Source of the DNA: Iphione sp. A-MEVVRFRX5
Lineage: Eukaryota
Length of the DNA: 64,000 bases
Direction of reading: 5' to 3'
Assembly: GCA_976226885.1 (NCBI GenBank)
Contig: OZ320315.1
Coordinates: forward strand, 64,170,001 to 64,234,000
A program made the position numbers and the translations under genes. Shown here piece by piece: positions 48,301 to 60,757 of this stretch. The notes under the pieces were generated by a model, which made no database searches, was not told where the DNA came from, and saw only the letters and a list, made by a program, of their open reading frames with translations. Positions within the stretch are counted from its first letter, which is position 1. Each line of letters starts with the position of its first letter.

Positions 48301-51300
48301 ATGTAAATTTTTGTCCTTCAAGCGTGTATGTCATATTGCGTGTTTGTCTTTGTACTCTGTGGGCACCTAGATTTGTTTTTGTTAGTATGCGGACCGATTT
48401 GTGTGTCATTAATTTGTGAATACATTAAAAATTGTGAAGAGAGGTGGAGTTTTTCACCTTCTCCATCAGGGAGCTCTTCATCAAAGAAAATGTGTTTGTC
48501 CCCGAAATTTGCACCTCACTTCTTTCCGTGTGATCTTGAAGAGTTTCTTTCAGAAAATTTATTAGATACTATCAAAGGGTTTTCCTCATTGAAAACAGGC
48601 TCACTCTACTCAAGTCTCCTTTATATCACTTTCGTTCGACTTAAAAGATAATAGTCGTGGAGGTCTTCGAGATTTTTTCTGACGTATGCCCATCGATTCA
48701 TGAGAGTAGATATATGAATGATTCTATATCATGCATGGCCCAGTACATCACCTACCTAATGACTTACTTAATCACTTACTTTGAGCCGTTGTTATACCTC
48801 TCCGTAGGCATTCTTAACATATTCTTCTGCCTTGAAGTACTTGCTCTATTTCCAGTGCCATTTATAGCCGAAGGCTGAAATGATTAATATCCTAAGTGTG
48901 CAATTATATGTCATTTCTATTGTACTATCTTATCACGAGCTAAATCTGACCCAGGCACCTACTGACAAATCATTACCTTGAAACGAAGTAAATTTCCATA
49001 TTTGTCATCAAAAAATGAAATCTTTCCAAAGTGTTGTATATGCCACTAGAGTTATCGGGGTGATAGACATTTCTCAACCTTACAATCATTTCCCATGTGT
49101 GAACCCTTCCCTCTTGATAACCGGACGTTTCCTCAGGTTAAATTAATTGTATTTCTTCCCGTACACTTTGATTATATTGAAATTTGCTTTTTAGTCTTGC
49201 ATAAAAGTGGTGACATGAATTGTAATTAAATTGCAATTATAGGTCCCAGAGCCCCCTATGGTGTATATAATGTATACGTATTTTATAGTGAATGTAACCA
49301 TTCAAGGAATGATATGCACACGCTGAGTATAAGTCTCGGGAACCCATTTAGGCATGTAAAAAGCTATATTTATTGAAAGGCTCAAGACTTCCGGGAGGCT
49401 TTTTATGGCCCCCCCACTTGGAGACTTGTGCAGCTCTAGAGATGGGAGTAGGAATAATCAGAGCGGATAGTTTGCACTTAGATACCCAGACACCTATTTC
49501 CAGTTCAGTACACCAGCTCCTATACCTGTCATTTCTCTCGCAGTCGCGTGGAGTTTCTTGATTAGCAACTGCCATATAGGAATGGAACCCCAGGGAAAGG
49601 CCGTGTCAGCCAGGTGGTGCCAAATTAGCCTTGACAAGGCCATGGATGCCTTTTGGAAATTCATTGCCGCTTCGGTTAGGATTTGGTGGTTGGATATGAA
49701 GGCAATCCCTATTGGATGAAGCTATGTTAGACAGACGCAATAGTATAGTACGGTGTGGTGACAAGTGTAGTGACTGTTTTGGTTAAGTTCTTGAGCTAGA
49801 AGTACGGTGGTCAGTGGCAGGTGGTAATGGTGTGTTACTAAAGTGTAGCAAGGCTGTTGGAAAAGGTGACCTGACGGTGCATGTAGAACAGAACATATGT
49901 TTAGGTTCAATGGGATGAGGATATGATAACTATGACGAGGCTGTATAAGGGAAACATTAACATAAGGCCGTGGTGGTAAAGGTGAGGGTATTTGGTCTGG
50001 ATACTAAGGTCTTGTGGCCACTATTAGGTTATCGAGTTAAGATATTTAAGTTAAGGTTGCCATAATTTGTGTCTGAATAAGTAGTAAATGAGCTGAGGAC
50101 GAAAGGTTAACACAAACAGGCCAAAGTCACATTCACTATGAAGGGTAATGTTTAAAAAAATCCATGGGTGTGATGTAGAAATCTGAAACAGATGTTCGGC
50201 TCAGGACCTTAGCAGAGATTTAACATTCTTCCTGTAGGTAGAGAACTTTCGGAATGTATTTGTGTATTTGTCCAACTGTTCGAAAGTCCAGCCATTTTGA
50301 ATATGGTCTTAGAGGTGGAAGGCTTTGCACCCTCTACATGAATGATCTATCAAATAGTAGCCTTACCGATCCTATCTGTATCTTTGGTGCATTTAGTTCA
50401 GACTTACTGATCCTATCTGTATCTTTGGTGCATATGATATAGATTATGGTGATATGACATAGATAGCGGACACACTCGCTTATCCACCCACCTTGTGTTC
50501 CTTACTAAATTGACCACATTTGAGAGAAGCCAGATTGGTCAAGTGTTATAGATAAATTTGGTCCAAGCTCAACTGGCTGTAACAGCGAGGTGGCTGGATT
50601 ACCAAGGTGACCGTGACTTGAGACAATGTAACTTTCACAGTAATCTATTCCAAAATTAATCGCTCTTTCTATGTTAAATATGCATTATCTAAATGAGATT
50701 CTATGAAACGCTGATAATTCCGTCTGGGGATCCACATTATGTATTGTAACAATATGAATCATAGGAATTCTACTTTGAATCGCACCCCACTATAACAGTC
50801 TTCTCTGTCATACAACCCAGGGGGTTCATTGCAACTCTCCAATGTACATCATTTGGTTTTTGAGAACATCACAGTTGTTCTACAAATACACCCCTTGGCG
50901 TAACACAAACAAAGGGCTCATTGATAGTTAATCCATATATAGAGAGAGAGAAAAACCCGTATACAGCTTCACATTGCGCAGGACATGTCTCCTTGTCAAA
51001 TATGAGAATGTGGCAAGCTATGCTATGTTGTTCAGAGTCGCACTGTACAGCTACACAACATAGAGAGTCCAGTATATATCTTTGTTGTGTCTTATTCAGG
51101 TTGCCAGCCTATGTTAGCTCAGCTGCGAGTTCTTCTATCTGGTCCCACAGGTGAATATGTGTAGTATTGGGTTTGGCGTTCTGTGATTTGCCTATCTAAT
51201 GAAGGCGGACAATTTGTTGCGGTAAACATGCAGTCCTGCTGTTTCTCGCCGACAGCAGGGAAGATTCACAGCCATATTTTTTGGTAGCCGTCAAAGTTTT

Positions 51301-51679
51301 TTTCCCATATCTGACAGCGTGATTATGTGGAAGAGAACGTGGGACTTGGTAAATAATGCTATGTTGGATATGTTTTGCCTGTATGTAATACTTCACCAAC
51401 GCTCTCACAAAACTTTAACATTTGCATTAGCAATACCATCACAAGATCATGCATGCATTCTTCCATGTTAACTCCACACCTCTTATTTCCTATTCTTCCA
51501 CTCTGTTGACATAGAAAGCAAAGCCTCGTTATCACTAAGGGAGATTTATTCATTGAGTAATTGTACTTGCGGTTTACCTAGGTGTGTTTTTATGGCATTT
51601 GGGCCGGGGTATTTTTATTGTCTCAAATCATATATCACGTTTTATATCAAATCATGTGTTTGTTTAAGAATGGCCTGCT

Positions 51680-54225
51680 CTGTCAGGTATATATAACTTG
51701 TCTATATAGTTGGCATACAACACCATGGTCCGATCAGATGATCTGATGGTTACTAATCAGATGAATGTGTATCAGATGTCAGATGTCAGATTCTGGTGAT
51801 ATTATGAAATAGTTGTCTATATCGTGAAAATTGTCCGTTTGCAATATATGAGTATTGCAAAATCATGGTATTGTGCAAGCCACTAAGGCCCTGTTTGTAT
51901 ATAAAAAGGCACAACCTTTCTAAATTAACAGACATTCTGTCTTTGCACCTTGGGAGAGTTATATCCAGCAGAAGTCCTGCAGTGGAGTGAACCAGATTTT
52001 TCTGTGTTGGAATTGCTTTGCACTGGATCTTGCGACATGTCTGTTAGAGGTCAACAAATGCTGGTACATTATATTTTGGTGGCAGTGGTGGGATCTTCAA
52101 GAAAAGAGATCATGAACTTCAACCTCATCGATAAGTGATGGCCACAGTTTAGATGGAAGAGATTTAGGAAACAACAAGAAATCCAGTGGTTGAGCATTCC
52201 AATCCCGGGCCCGAGCAAGACCTCAATTATTAATGGACTGGAGAATCTGGTGGACTAAGGATTAGAAACAGAGGACAAGGAACAAGATATGGACCACACA
52301 GTAGTAGCTGGAAGAACACCAAATGTTGATGGGCAGTCACAAACGATCAGAACATCAAACAGCACTGGGTTGATAAAGCAAGATGTAGGAGATCAGCCAG
52401 CTGGTTCCATCAGGACCATACCAACAGATAGTGTCCTTGCACCTGGCAAAGTACAGGTTACTGTCAGCGGGCATGATGAGAATCCTAATATTCCAACAGG
52501 ATTGCCAAGGAGATTGGTGAGCATTTAGCATGGAGAAAAGGGAGACTGCCACACAGATGGATGACAGGTACTCAGATTACCTCTACCCCACAGAAAAGGC
52601 ATCCCCAAGATGAAATGAAACCACTATCTCATTTTAGTCTGATCAAACTGGGAAGGTATGATGGGAAATTCAATTTGGAAGGATGGAACTCACAATTCCA
52701 GGAGTGGGCTCAAATCAGCAACTGAGATGTAGAGACAAACAAAAGTATGCTTGCCTTGTCCTTGATCGGAGTGGCCCAATCCTTCTATGGAGACTTAACT
52801 ACAGTGAAAACCTCTACCAACCAGAAGCATACATCCGCACTCATGGAACAGATTGGTGGAAGGTCTGTGCAGTCCAGGAACTAGCTACCCTTCTCCAGAC
52901 TAAGGATCAGATGCCTAAAGAACTGCGGATGAGGTTCAACAATTGATGCATCAAGCATATCCTGATGTGGATTGGGACTGGAGAGATTCTTTCTCATTAG
53001 CATTTTCCAGAGGGCTCTAGGTTATAAGCTGGAACTGAAATACATGAGAAGTGATGTGAAAACTCTGCAACAATCGGTCAAAGTAGTAGAGATGGAAGAA
53101 TGATATGCCTCACAAAAGAAAATTCATGCAATACAAGCAGAAGACAGAATAACTGAGGAGTTGCAGACAATAAAAAAGGAGTTTGAACAAAACCTTTCTG
53201 CATTAAGACCATCACATCCAAAGGCAAATAAAAGCTCTGAAAAGGGGAAGGGTCTGTCAGACAAGAAAAGTAAAGTCGATATGCAAAATATCAGTTGTAA
53301 GGCAGATGGGAAATTTGTGTGTTGGCAATGGTTCTCTGAAGACCATTTTAAAAAAGACTGTCCCCTTCTAGATGTGAAAACAGGAAAATCCACTACTCTT
53401 CCAAAGCAGGAAATCCCATTGGCACCACTGGCTGAAACCAACGTATAGGTACGGTGGTGGGAAGTGGACTATATTTGCTAGCACCGATACAGTCCGAATG
53501 TTGACTGTCTGATTGATACTGGAGCTGAGATAACATTGGCCAAGGGAGAATTTCTTGCCTCAGGGATCAAAAGGAACACAATCTCTGAATCTTACCAGTA
53601 TCACAGGTGAAGTTATTCGGACATGAGGTCACGGCAACACCAGTTGTATTTGCCTGTGTGGATGAGAAGTCATCTTGGGAAATGGTTTCCTAGTAGAAGA
53701 AGAAGCTGTAATTAGTTATCTTAAGAAGGAAGTAGTATTGAAGGAGCAAGTGCATCCTATAGTCTTAAAAGTAGATGGGTGAATAAATCAAGTTAAAGTT
53801 GAAGAAAGCTAACCAGAGCATCTCAGTTATCTTTTCCAGTGGTCTAAGGAGGACTTGTCTGAAGATAATTGGGAAATAGTGAAACAAGTGTTGATAGTCT
53901 TTAAGGATTCCTTCTCAACTGGGAGTGGGGATAGACAAACTGGAATAATTAAGCACAGTATAGATGTAGAAGGGCATCCTACCATTAAGCAACATGTCCG
54001 ACATCTACCGCTTGGAAAATGACAGGAAGAACAAAATTAGTTCAAGAAATGTTGAAAACTAAAGTGATAAGCAAAAGTATAATTTCTCAGGCTAGCCCTA
54101 TTGTAATGTTGGGAAAAAGGATGGATCTACTCGTTTTTGTGTAGACTACAGGAAACCAAATGAGATCACCCATAAAGATGCTTATTCATTACCTCAGATT
54201 GATGATTCACTAAATGCTGTTAAAT
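51680..54225 (+). mobile_element. Old, 3'-truncated Gypsy element related to the element at 3215-10585
   Basis: PBS TGGTGGCAGTGGTGGGAT (52077-52094); gag relic IKLGRYDGKFNLEGWNSQFQEWAQISN*DVETNKSMLALSLIGVAQSFYGDL; broken knuckle CWQWFSEDHFKKDC; protease CLIDTGAEI; RT start DGSTRFCVDYRKPNEITHKDAYSLPQIDDSL. The LTR start is uncertain; TATA-like tatataaaa at ~51898-51906. Confidence 0.88.
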
Positions 54226-56779
54226 GTTCGTTCTAAAACAGGGATTCTATTAATCCTAATTCCATTGTTTTTACAACTTATTTCTAACACACCTAATAGG
54301 CGTTAAGCTTAGTGTGGTGGACTGGCCAGTGTTCTTAGAGAAACACGGCAGACACTGCTCATGCTATACAAACTGCGCAGTTCCATGGCATCATCTGTCA
54401 CATTAGAATCTGCAATATTCAGTTAGTGAGAGTGATCTAGACAACTGATCTAAAGCTTTTAGGTAATGCAGATGAAACCCTCAGCCTGACCAGAGGAATT
54501 CACTTTAGTCCTACTTCTGTGTGATCCACAATTATGGTATATATAGGATTTTGTCTCCCACGTACAAAACGAACGTGAGAATCTGTTCGAAATTGAATTC
54601 AGGGGAAACCGAGGATAATGTGATCTTCTCTTAATTCCAGTGATTGACAGTAGTATGCCGCTCCATTACGGCAGTCATTAGCTTTCACATAGATATTGTC
54701 TTGCCATAACCCTTCTAGTTATTGACCAGTCAGTCTGGACTGATACAACATCATTTAACTGTGTCAGTATTTGCTGCGAAAAATCATTGGTTGTCGGGGG
54801 GATTGAATGCGATTGATCTCTGAATTTCAGTATAGTTAAAGGCCCCTTCCAACTATTGAAAATCAGCGAACATTGCCATATGCGTCGTTGTCATCGATTG
54901 CCTCTATAGTAATTGCTTCTTGGTCAGGATGTAATGCGGTTCCATGAGTCTTTAGTCGCCATAATCTTTCAGACATTCTTAGTCAGCGCGCCATGCATTC
55001 ACATGCATCTTTCTTTACGTTTTGGACTTCTCTTCTTGGGAAAAATCCTTCATATTACCTTTATTTTTATTGAAAACCAGAGGAAGAAAGTGGAAAGAAT
55101 TTTTTTAAAAATACCCTCTTCCCAACCTAGGTTTTTGGTTGGTTGTTACAAGAAACACGCCTATTTCTTCTTTTTTTTTGGGGGGGGGGCAAACCGGACA
55201 GTAGAATGACTATGCTAAAATTGTCTGCATCATGGGTGTTTCAGGATGAGGAGGGCACGTAAATATACAGTGACCCCTCCGGATGCGGCCACCTCAGTAA
55301 TCAGGTTACCACACTAATTCAGCCAGCAGCAACGGCTGCTAAGATATTATCATTATCACCATAATCCTCATAATCATCATTTCTGTGGTGTATTTCGGTG
55401 TATATTCGTTAACGACCCATGTTAATAAAATATTGAGCTGGCGCGTGAAGCTCAAAGGAAAAGGATGGGAAAGAAGTTGCTGTGATTATCATGTCTCTAG
55501 GAAACTGAATATCCAGGTTTATATTTATGTAGTCCTCTATGATTTTGAGATGACAAATCAGTCAAAATAGTATTGTTTTATAGGGAATACAAGTGTTTTA
55601 CAGAGACTAGTGACATCTTGGCGAAACATCGTATATGGCTACATTGAAGCATGGTTTCCTAACAATCTGAATAAAACGTATCGACAATTAATTACTATCT
55701 TGGAGCGCCACGGTGAACGACGGCATTTTCATGCTCTTCTATGTCACGTCTAACCTATCAACTAAACTTGATGGAAAGGACCGCAAAAAAAAGGCTTCAT
55801 TCCATTAGAGAGATCATTGAGCTACATTATAAGTCATACCCACTCAGGTACTTAGCATTTGTAACTGGTCAACACTAGAGGCAACATCGGGGGGCCAGGA
55901 TATCTAGATAGGCTTCGTGTTGTCCTTCAGCCTCCACTATTGGCTCAATATACTCCTAGAGTAGGTAGGTGTATCCTACCAGGCGTGCAATTACGGAGCA
56001 TTGACTGCGAGACCACCGCTAAAGTAGCTTCGTATGGATGCAGTGTTTAAAGCCGTTACAAATAGATCATTAAAAGGGGCCTTACGGCATGGGATAAAAT
56101 GAAATGCGGATGTGGATCACGTATATCTTTACTATTCTTTCATTTTCCTTCTTCTTAATGGAAGGGTTGGTAAGACGTTTGCACGTACACCTATTCCCAG
56201 TGTCAAATGCAAAGCTGTTATGAACAGAACGGGCGATAAATAGTCATTATGTCCCTACCCATGTGTCCTTTAATAATGCATAAGGCTGAGAATCTGCAAT
56301 GACAATCCACTGTCGATGCGTTCTCCTGAAAACATATCTCTAATGATGATCACAAAGTATTACCTTACCAGTATCAATCTTGACCCATGGGTCGCTAACC
56401 CTATGGAGGACCATCTGTTCCAGACACTACAGTTATGTTTCCAGTGCCATAACTACAGGTACTTTGGAAAAGTTCCTACCTGACAATTTAAAGCAAAAGA
56501 TAACCATAAATGGGTCATTGGTAGATAATACATATATACATGTAACAGTTGAAGGAGATATCATGAGAGGCTCTTAACTGTGTATATTAGTCAAGGCAGG
56601 ATACCACTGTCTTTTTCAGGACACAGATTATTTATATTTTTACTAAGGCCTATTTACACAAGGTTTGTTCCTAGAGAAGACTCAATTCGAGGATAGACCA
56701 AAAGGATAAGTAAGAAATACTGTAAAAGGGGTTAAGGATTATATCAAGGTGGACGGACAAAAATGGTTTAAGAATAAAT

Positions 56780-57487
56780 GACAGTTTATACTTGTTTTTA
56801 AGAGCGCGTCATTTGATTTGGACTTAGATCTAAATGAGAAGAAAATTGCTCACGATAGGAAACCCAAATTGCTGGGATTCTGCCTCGACCCAAATCTATT
56901 TTGGACAAATCAAATTCGTGTAATGCAAAGCAAAGTAAGACGTAGAAGTACAAATCTAACACGTTGGGGAAACCAACTATCATACCATGCGAGAGTCAAG
57001 GTTTATTTTAGGATTTATTCAACTATTATTTCTGTATGCCTTGGGTTTTTTATGCATTAATTCCAAGAAGTCTATGTGTAGTCTATAGATTAAATACAAT
57101 GCTGCTATTAAGCGTGTAGTACTATCGAATTTGCTCGATGGCATATATCTGCTAAAGAATTCATGAAAAAGTTAAGCATTATTACCACTTGATAAACTTA
57201 AACTGATTCCTGCAACTATGATTATACATAGGTTGCAAAAAAAGGCATCTTGTAGGCAAAACTTCAAGTAACTCTCACATAGCCTTGACTAATGCTGATA
57301 AAGGAAAGCTTTCTTTTTAAAGGAATTCAGGGGTGGAATGCGCTGCCATCAAGAATTAAGCTACCGCCGAATTAATAGCCAAAAAGCAACATTTTAGTAA
57401 TATCAATTAATCGCTTTATTTTACTCTTCACATTTACACCTCAATTCTTGTATTGAGAAGTGAATAAAATGTTTGATTTGATTTGAC
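56780..57487 (+). mobile_element. 5'-truncated LINE 3' end
   Basis: KPKLLGFCLDPNLFWTNQI (ORF2 thumb-like), then AATAAA at 57463-57468 and a (TTTGA)x3 tail at 57472-57486. Confidence 0.75.
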
Positions 57488-57602
57488 ATACGAAGAGAAA
57501 GTTTAGAAAGAGTCAATTTGAATGCAATGCATAGCACGATTCGTCGATGGGTACTAGTTTGATGGGTTCAATTAATGCCCACATTCCTTAGGTATACTAG
57601 TT

Positions 57603-57727
57603 TATATAAATAGCCTGAGCATTTTGGTTATAGTGCCGTTTGGGGCTGTACTCTAGCAAACAGTCACTACTGACATAGTTGTGTGTAAACCTGTTCTGTG
57701 TCATTCGTCATTAAGTCATTCACGCGG
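57603..57727 (+). promoter_or_regulatory. TATA box, initiator-like site and non-coding first exon of the EH-like gene
   Basis: TATATAAA at 57603-57610; Inr-like tATAGT about 28 bp downstream (57629-57634); donor gg|gtaagc at 57728; 212-nt intron ending ttgcag|ATG. Confidence 0.65.
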
Positions 57728-57939
57728 GTAAGCATTATAAATAAGAATAGAAATATCATCAAAAACACAATGTTTCGCAGGAAATAACCGTATTTTAATA
57801 GAGACAAAAAAGTACTATCATTTCTTGCTAAATGAGAGATGATACTATATTTCATTTTGGACTACTGCCCTTTGACAGTGACTCTGCTTGCTCTAGGTAA
57901 CCTTTTATCTCCATCGCATATTGTCATGGTGACTTGCAG

Positions 57940-58083
57940 ATGATACAACAGCGCCATCTGGTCATCCTAGGGGCATTGCTGGCTGTGCTGGGAACTTCCC
58001 TCGGCTACCCGAAGCCTATCATCCCTTTCAAGCACATGGACCCCGTTGACTCTTGTCTCTTCGTCTGCAGCATGTGCTTCAAG
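57940..58083 (+). CDS. Eclosion-hormone-like neuropeptide precursor, coding exon 1 (MIQQRHLVILGALLAVLGTSLGYPKPIIPFKHMDPVDSCLFVCSMCFK)
   Basis: Acceptor directly before ATG, hydrophobic signal peptide, C-x3-C-x2-C motif, donor AAG|gtacgt in phase 0. Confidence 0.85.
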
Positions 58084-58208
58084 GTACGTCCATCAAACGT
58101 TGACATTTTCACCCTGTTTGTGCTGCCCTTGCACTATTTCTAAGTAGGTGCGACCTTTCTGCTTGGGCAGAAATGTGTCGGTGTGGACTTCTTCTAGTAT
58201 CCCAAGTA

Positions 58209-58235
58209 AACACACACACACACACACACACACAC
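58209..58235. repeat. (AC)n microsatellite in the EH-like gene intron
   Basis: About 13 AC units. Confidence 0.95.
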
Positions 58236-60634
58236 TCAGAAGAATGATGTTGATGCCACCAAAGGAAAAGAAATATTAGTCTTCCGCTTTCTCTCTCCTG
58301 TACTGTGCTAATGCGCGTTTATTCTTTGCATTTTTGAAATCAGAAATTGTTACCTTGCTGATGTGTACTCTAAGGTGAACATTGCTACTATGTTGACAAA
58401 TTGATCGTGTCCTAACATGTTTCACTTACCAAGGTCATAGGCATGTAGAATAGCAACAAAATAAATATACGCTCCGAGTGACTGACTGGTAAAGATGAAG
58501 GGACGGTGACAAGGAACTGACAGAGTCAGATATTTCAGGAAAGAGTAAAACAGCACAGAGCCCCCTGAGTGATAGATCGAGAGAGAAAATGACACAAAAC
58601 CAGAGCAGACGAACGGATAACAAATTATGAATAAGAAAAAGAAAGCAAAATATTGGAGATAGATTTTAACATATGAGAAGTACACAGTATGTCTTCAGCA
58701 CTAATGGTCCATACCCCATTACATATCGTGTATATTCACTTAAACACCATAAGAGTATATATTAAACAAAGGACAGATGGAAATATAGGCTAACATCATA
58801 TGTTACAAGTGTCTATAAGTGTCCATGATTCTAGTTGATTCACAATACAAAATGTGATTTTCACACACTGCTAAACGTAAGCGCACAGAATATCATTGTG
58901 TTAAGAGTAAAGAATACACCACAGGATTACCGGGATGAAGTTAAGAGAGTCAGATTGACTCTCATTATGAAGTAGTTTAATTGATTCTCCCTTTGACGGG
59001 CAATAATGATACCATAGCTCCAGATAAACTGTGCTGTGATTTGAGCTAAGGCCTATTTATAGGATATCTGTGTTTCTGGTAATCCGACTGACCCTTGCTT
59101 AAGTCCCAATTAAACTTTTCGTTTTTTTCTTGTTTTGTAAATCTTCAGAGTTAATAAAGATACAGACAATATAGTATACAATGTTGGTGATTAGATCACT
59201 GGCTTTCATATGATATCAGTGTCATTAACCAACAATCTAAGCAGTAGAACTGATACTGCCATATACATTTGTTGCTGTCAGTATTAAGTAATATTGAAAA
59301 AAAAAGAAAAAAGATACCATCTACTGAACAACCCTATATCTTTTCAGGTTGTTATCAGAAGCACAGATACTTCTTAAGGCCTCATTATATTTGACCAGTG
59401 CAAAATGCTATACAGTTGTTGGTTGTAGTGTATTAAATAGTTATAGTAGAATTTACATTTTATCAAATAGATTTCTACTACACATGGTATAAACCTCATT
59501 CATAAGTAGCAATTCTTCATGCTTAGACTATTTGAGTGGACCTGTTGCTGACAGTTGAATAAATGCGTACTATTGACGTAATTTTTACTTGTCACAAAAT
59601 TGTCACAATTTTAAGCAATCTGATAGGGCGATTCCCATCATGACATCACATATGATAAAAGATATGTGCACATTACCCGTTCATTCAACTGTCGGCGATC
59701 GGTCCATTCTCTGGAGGTTATCATTTTCCTTCATTGCACTCTTCCAAGAGTTTGAATGTATTGTGATCACATGCTCCCCAGTCTGGCTGTGGAAATAGAA
59801 TGTGCTACAAACACAATGGAATTTTAAAACTATATCACGTACAATCTGAAGATATCTACACAACGATTTATAAGAATTCAGTTAAAAGTGTAGAGGTGAC
59901 AAAGAAACTACTTTGTGCACCTTGTCTTCATAAGTGAGTAGTGCATAAACACCAGGTTAAATTTGGTATGGACACATCCTACCAGGTGATAAATATTTCG
60001 CAGAACTAAATAAGTAGGATCTTTCCTTTCTCCATATACTGCTAGTATCACAGAGGAACGCAATGACGGCTTTTCTTTCCACGTCAGAAGGATGTCATCT
60101 TAAGTGCTATTATCTCTTGTAAGAGAGTTTAAATATATATGAAAAAATAAAGTAAAGAACATTCGGAGTGTTCAGTAAATGAGAGCCAACTGTTAGCAGA
60201 ACTGTAACCTTTATAGTAGGCAGAATAGAAGGGGAAGCTTAGACCTGAATGAAAACCAAAACGTCTAATATCAACTTCAAATATCTAGTACTTGTCTTCT
60301 GCAACTTCAAATACCGAAAGTTTTTTTAGTTTTTCCCCACTTTTCCCGCTTTTGGTCGAAAGAAATATTTTCTCTGAGAGCGTTTTGTCATACTCTGTTT
60401 TCTTTTTCTCCGTTTTGTGGGGAAAAAACTGCCATGATCAAGTGTAGTGAATATGAAGGAATACACAGCAGAAGAGAGCCACCAAGAGTTGTCATGTATA
60501 TTTAATATACACGGAATAAATCTTCTTACTGGCCTGTGTTCTGAGAGAGTATACGTCTCTACTACTGAGCAATACTGATACTGCTATTAATTGCTAGTAT
60601 TATAATGTATAACTTAACAACCATCTCCCTACAG

Positions 60635-60757
60635 GAGAACCTGCTATTAGCATGCGCCAACAAGGCATGTCTTCAGGACGTTGCCAGTGGCCGACCGCTC
60701 GGGAAGTTCTGGCTCGCCGGATGTCCGCTCCTGCAGGAAGTCGTCCAGAGGAAGTGA
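60635..60757 (+). CDS. Eclosion-hormone-like neuropeptide precursor, coding exon 2 (ENLLLACANKACLQDVASGRPLGKFWLAGCPLLQEVVQRK*)
   Basis: Branch-like cttaac and acceptor catctccctacag|GAG in phase 0; supplies three more Cys for 6 in total; GC-rich; TGA at 60755-60757. Confidence 0.85.
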   Translation, partial: ENLLLACANKACLQDVASGRPLGKFWLAGCPLLQEVVQRK

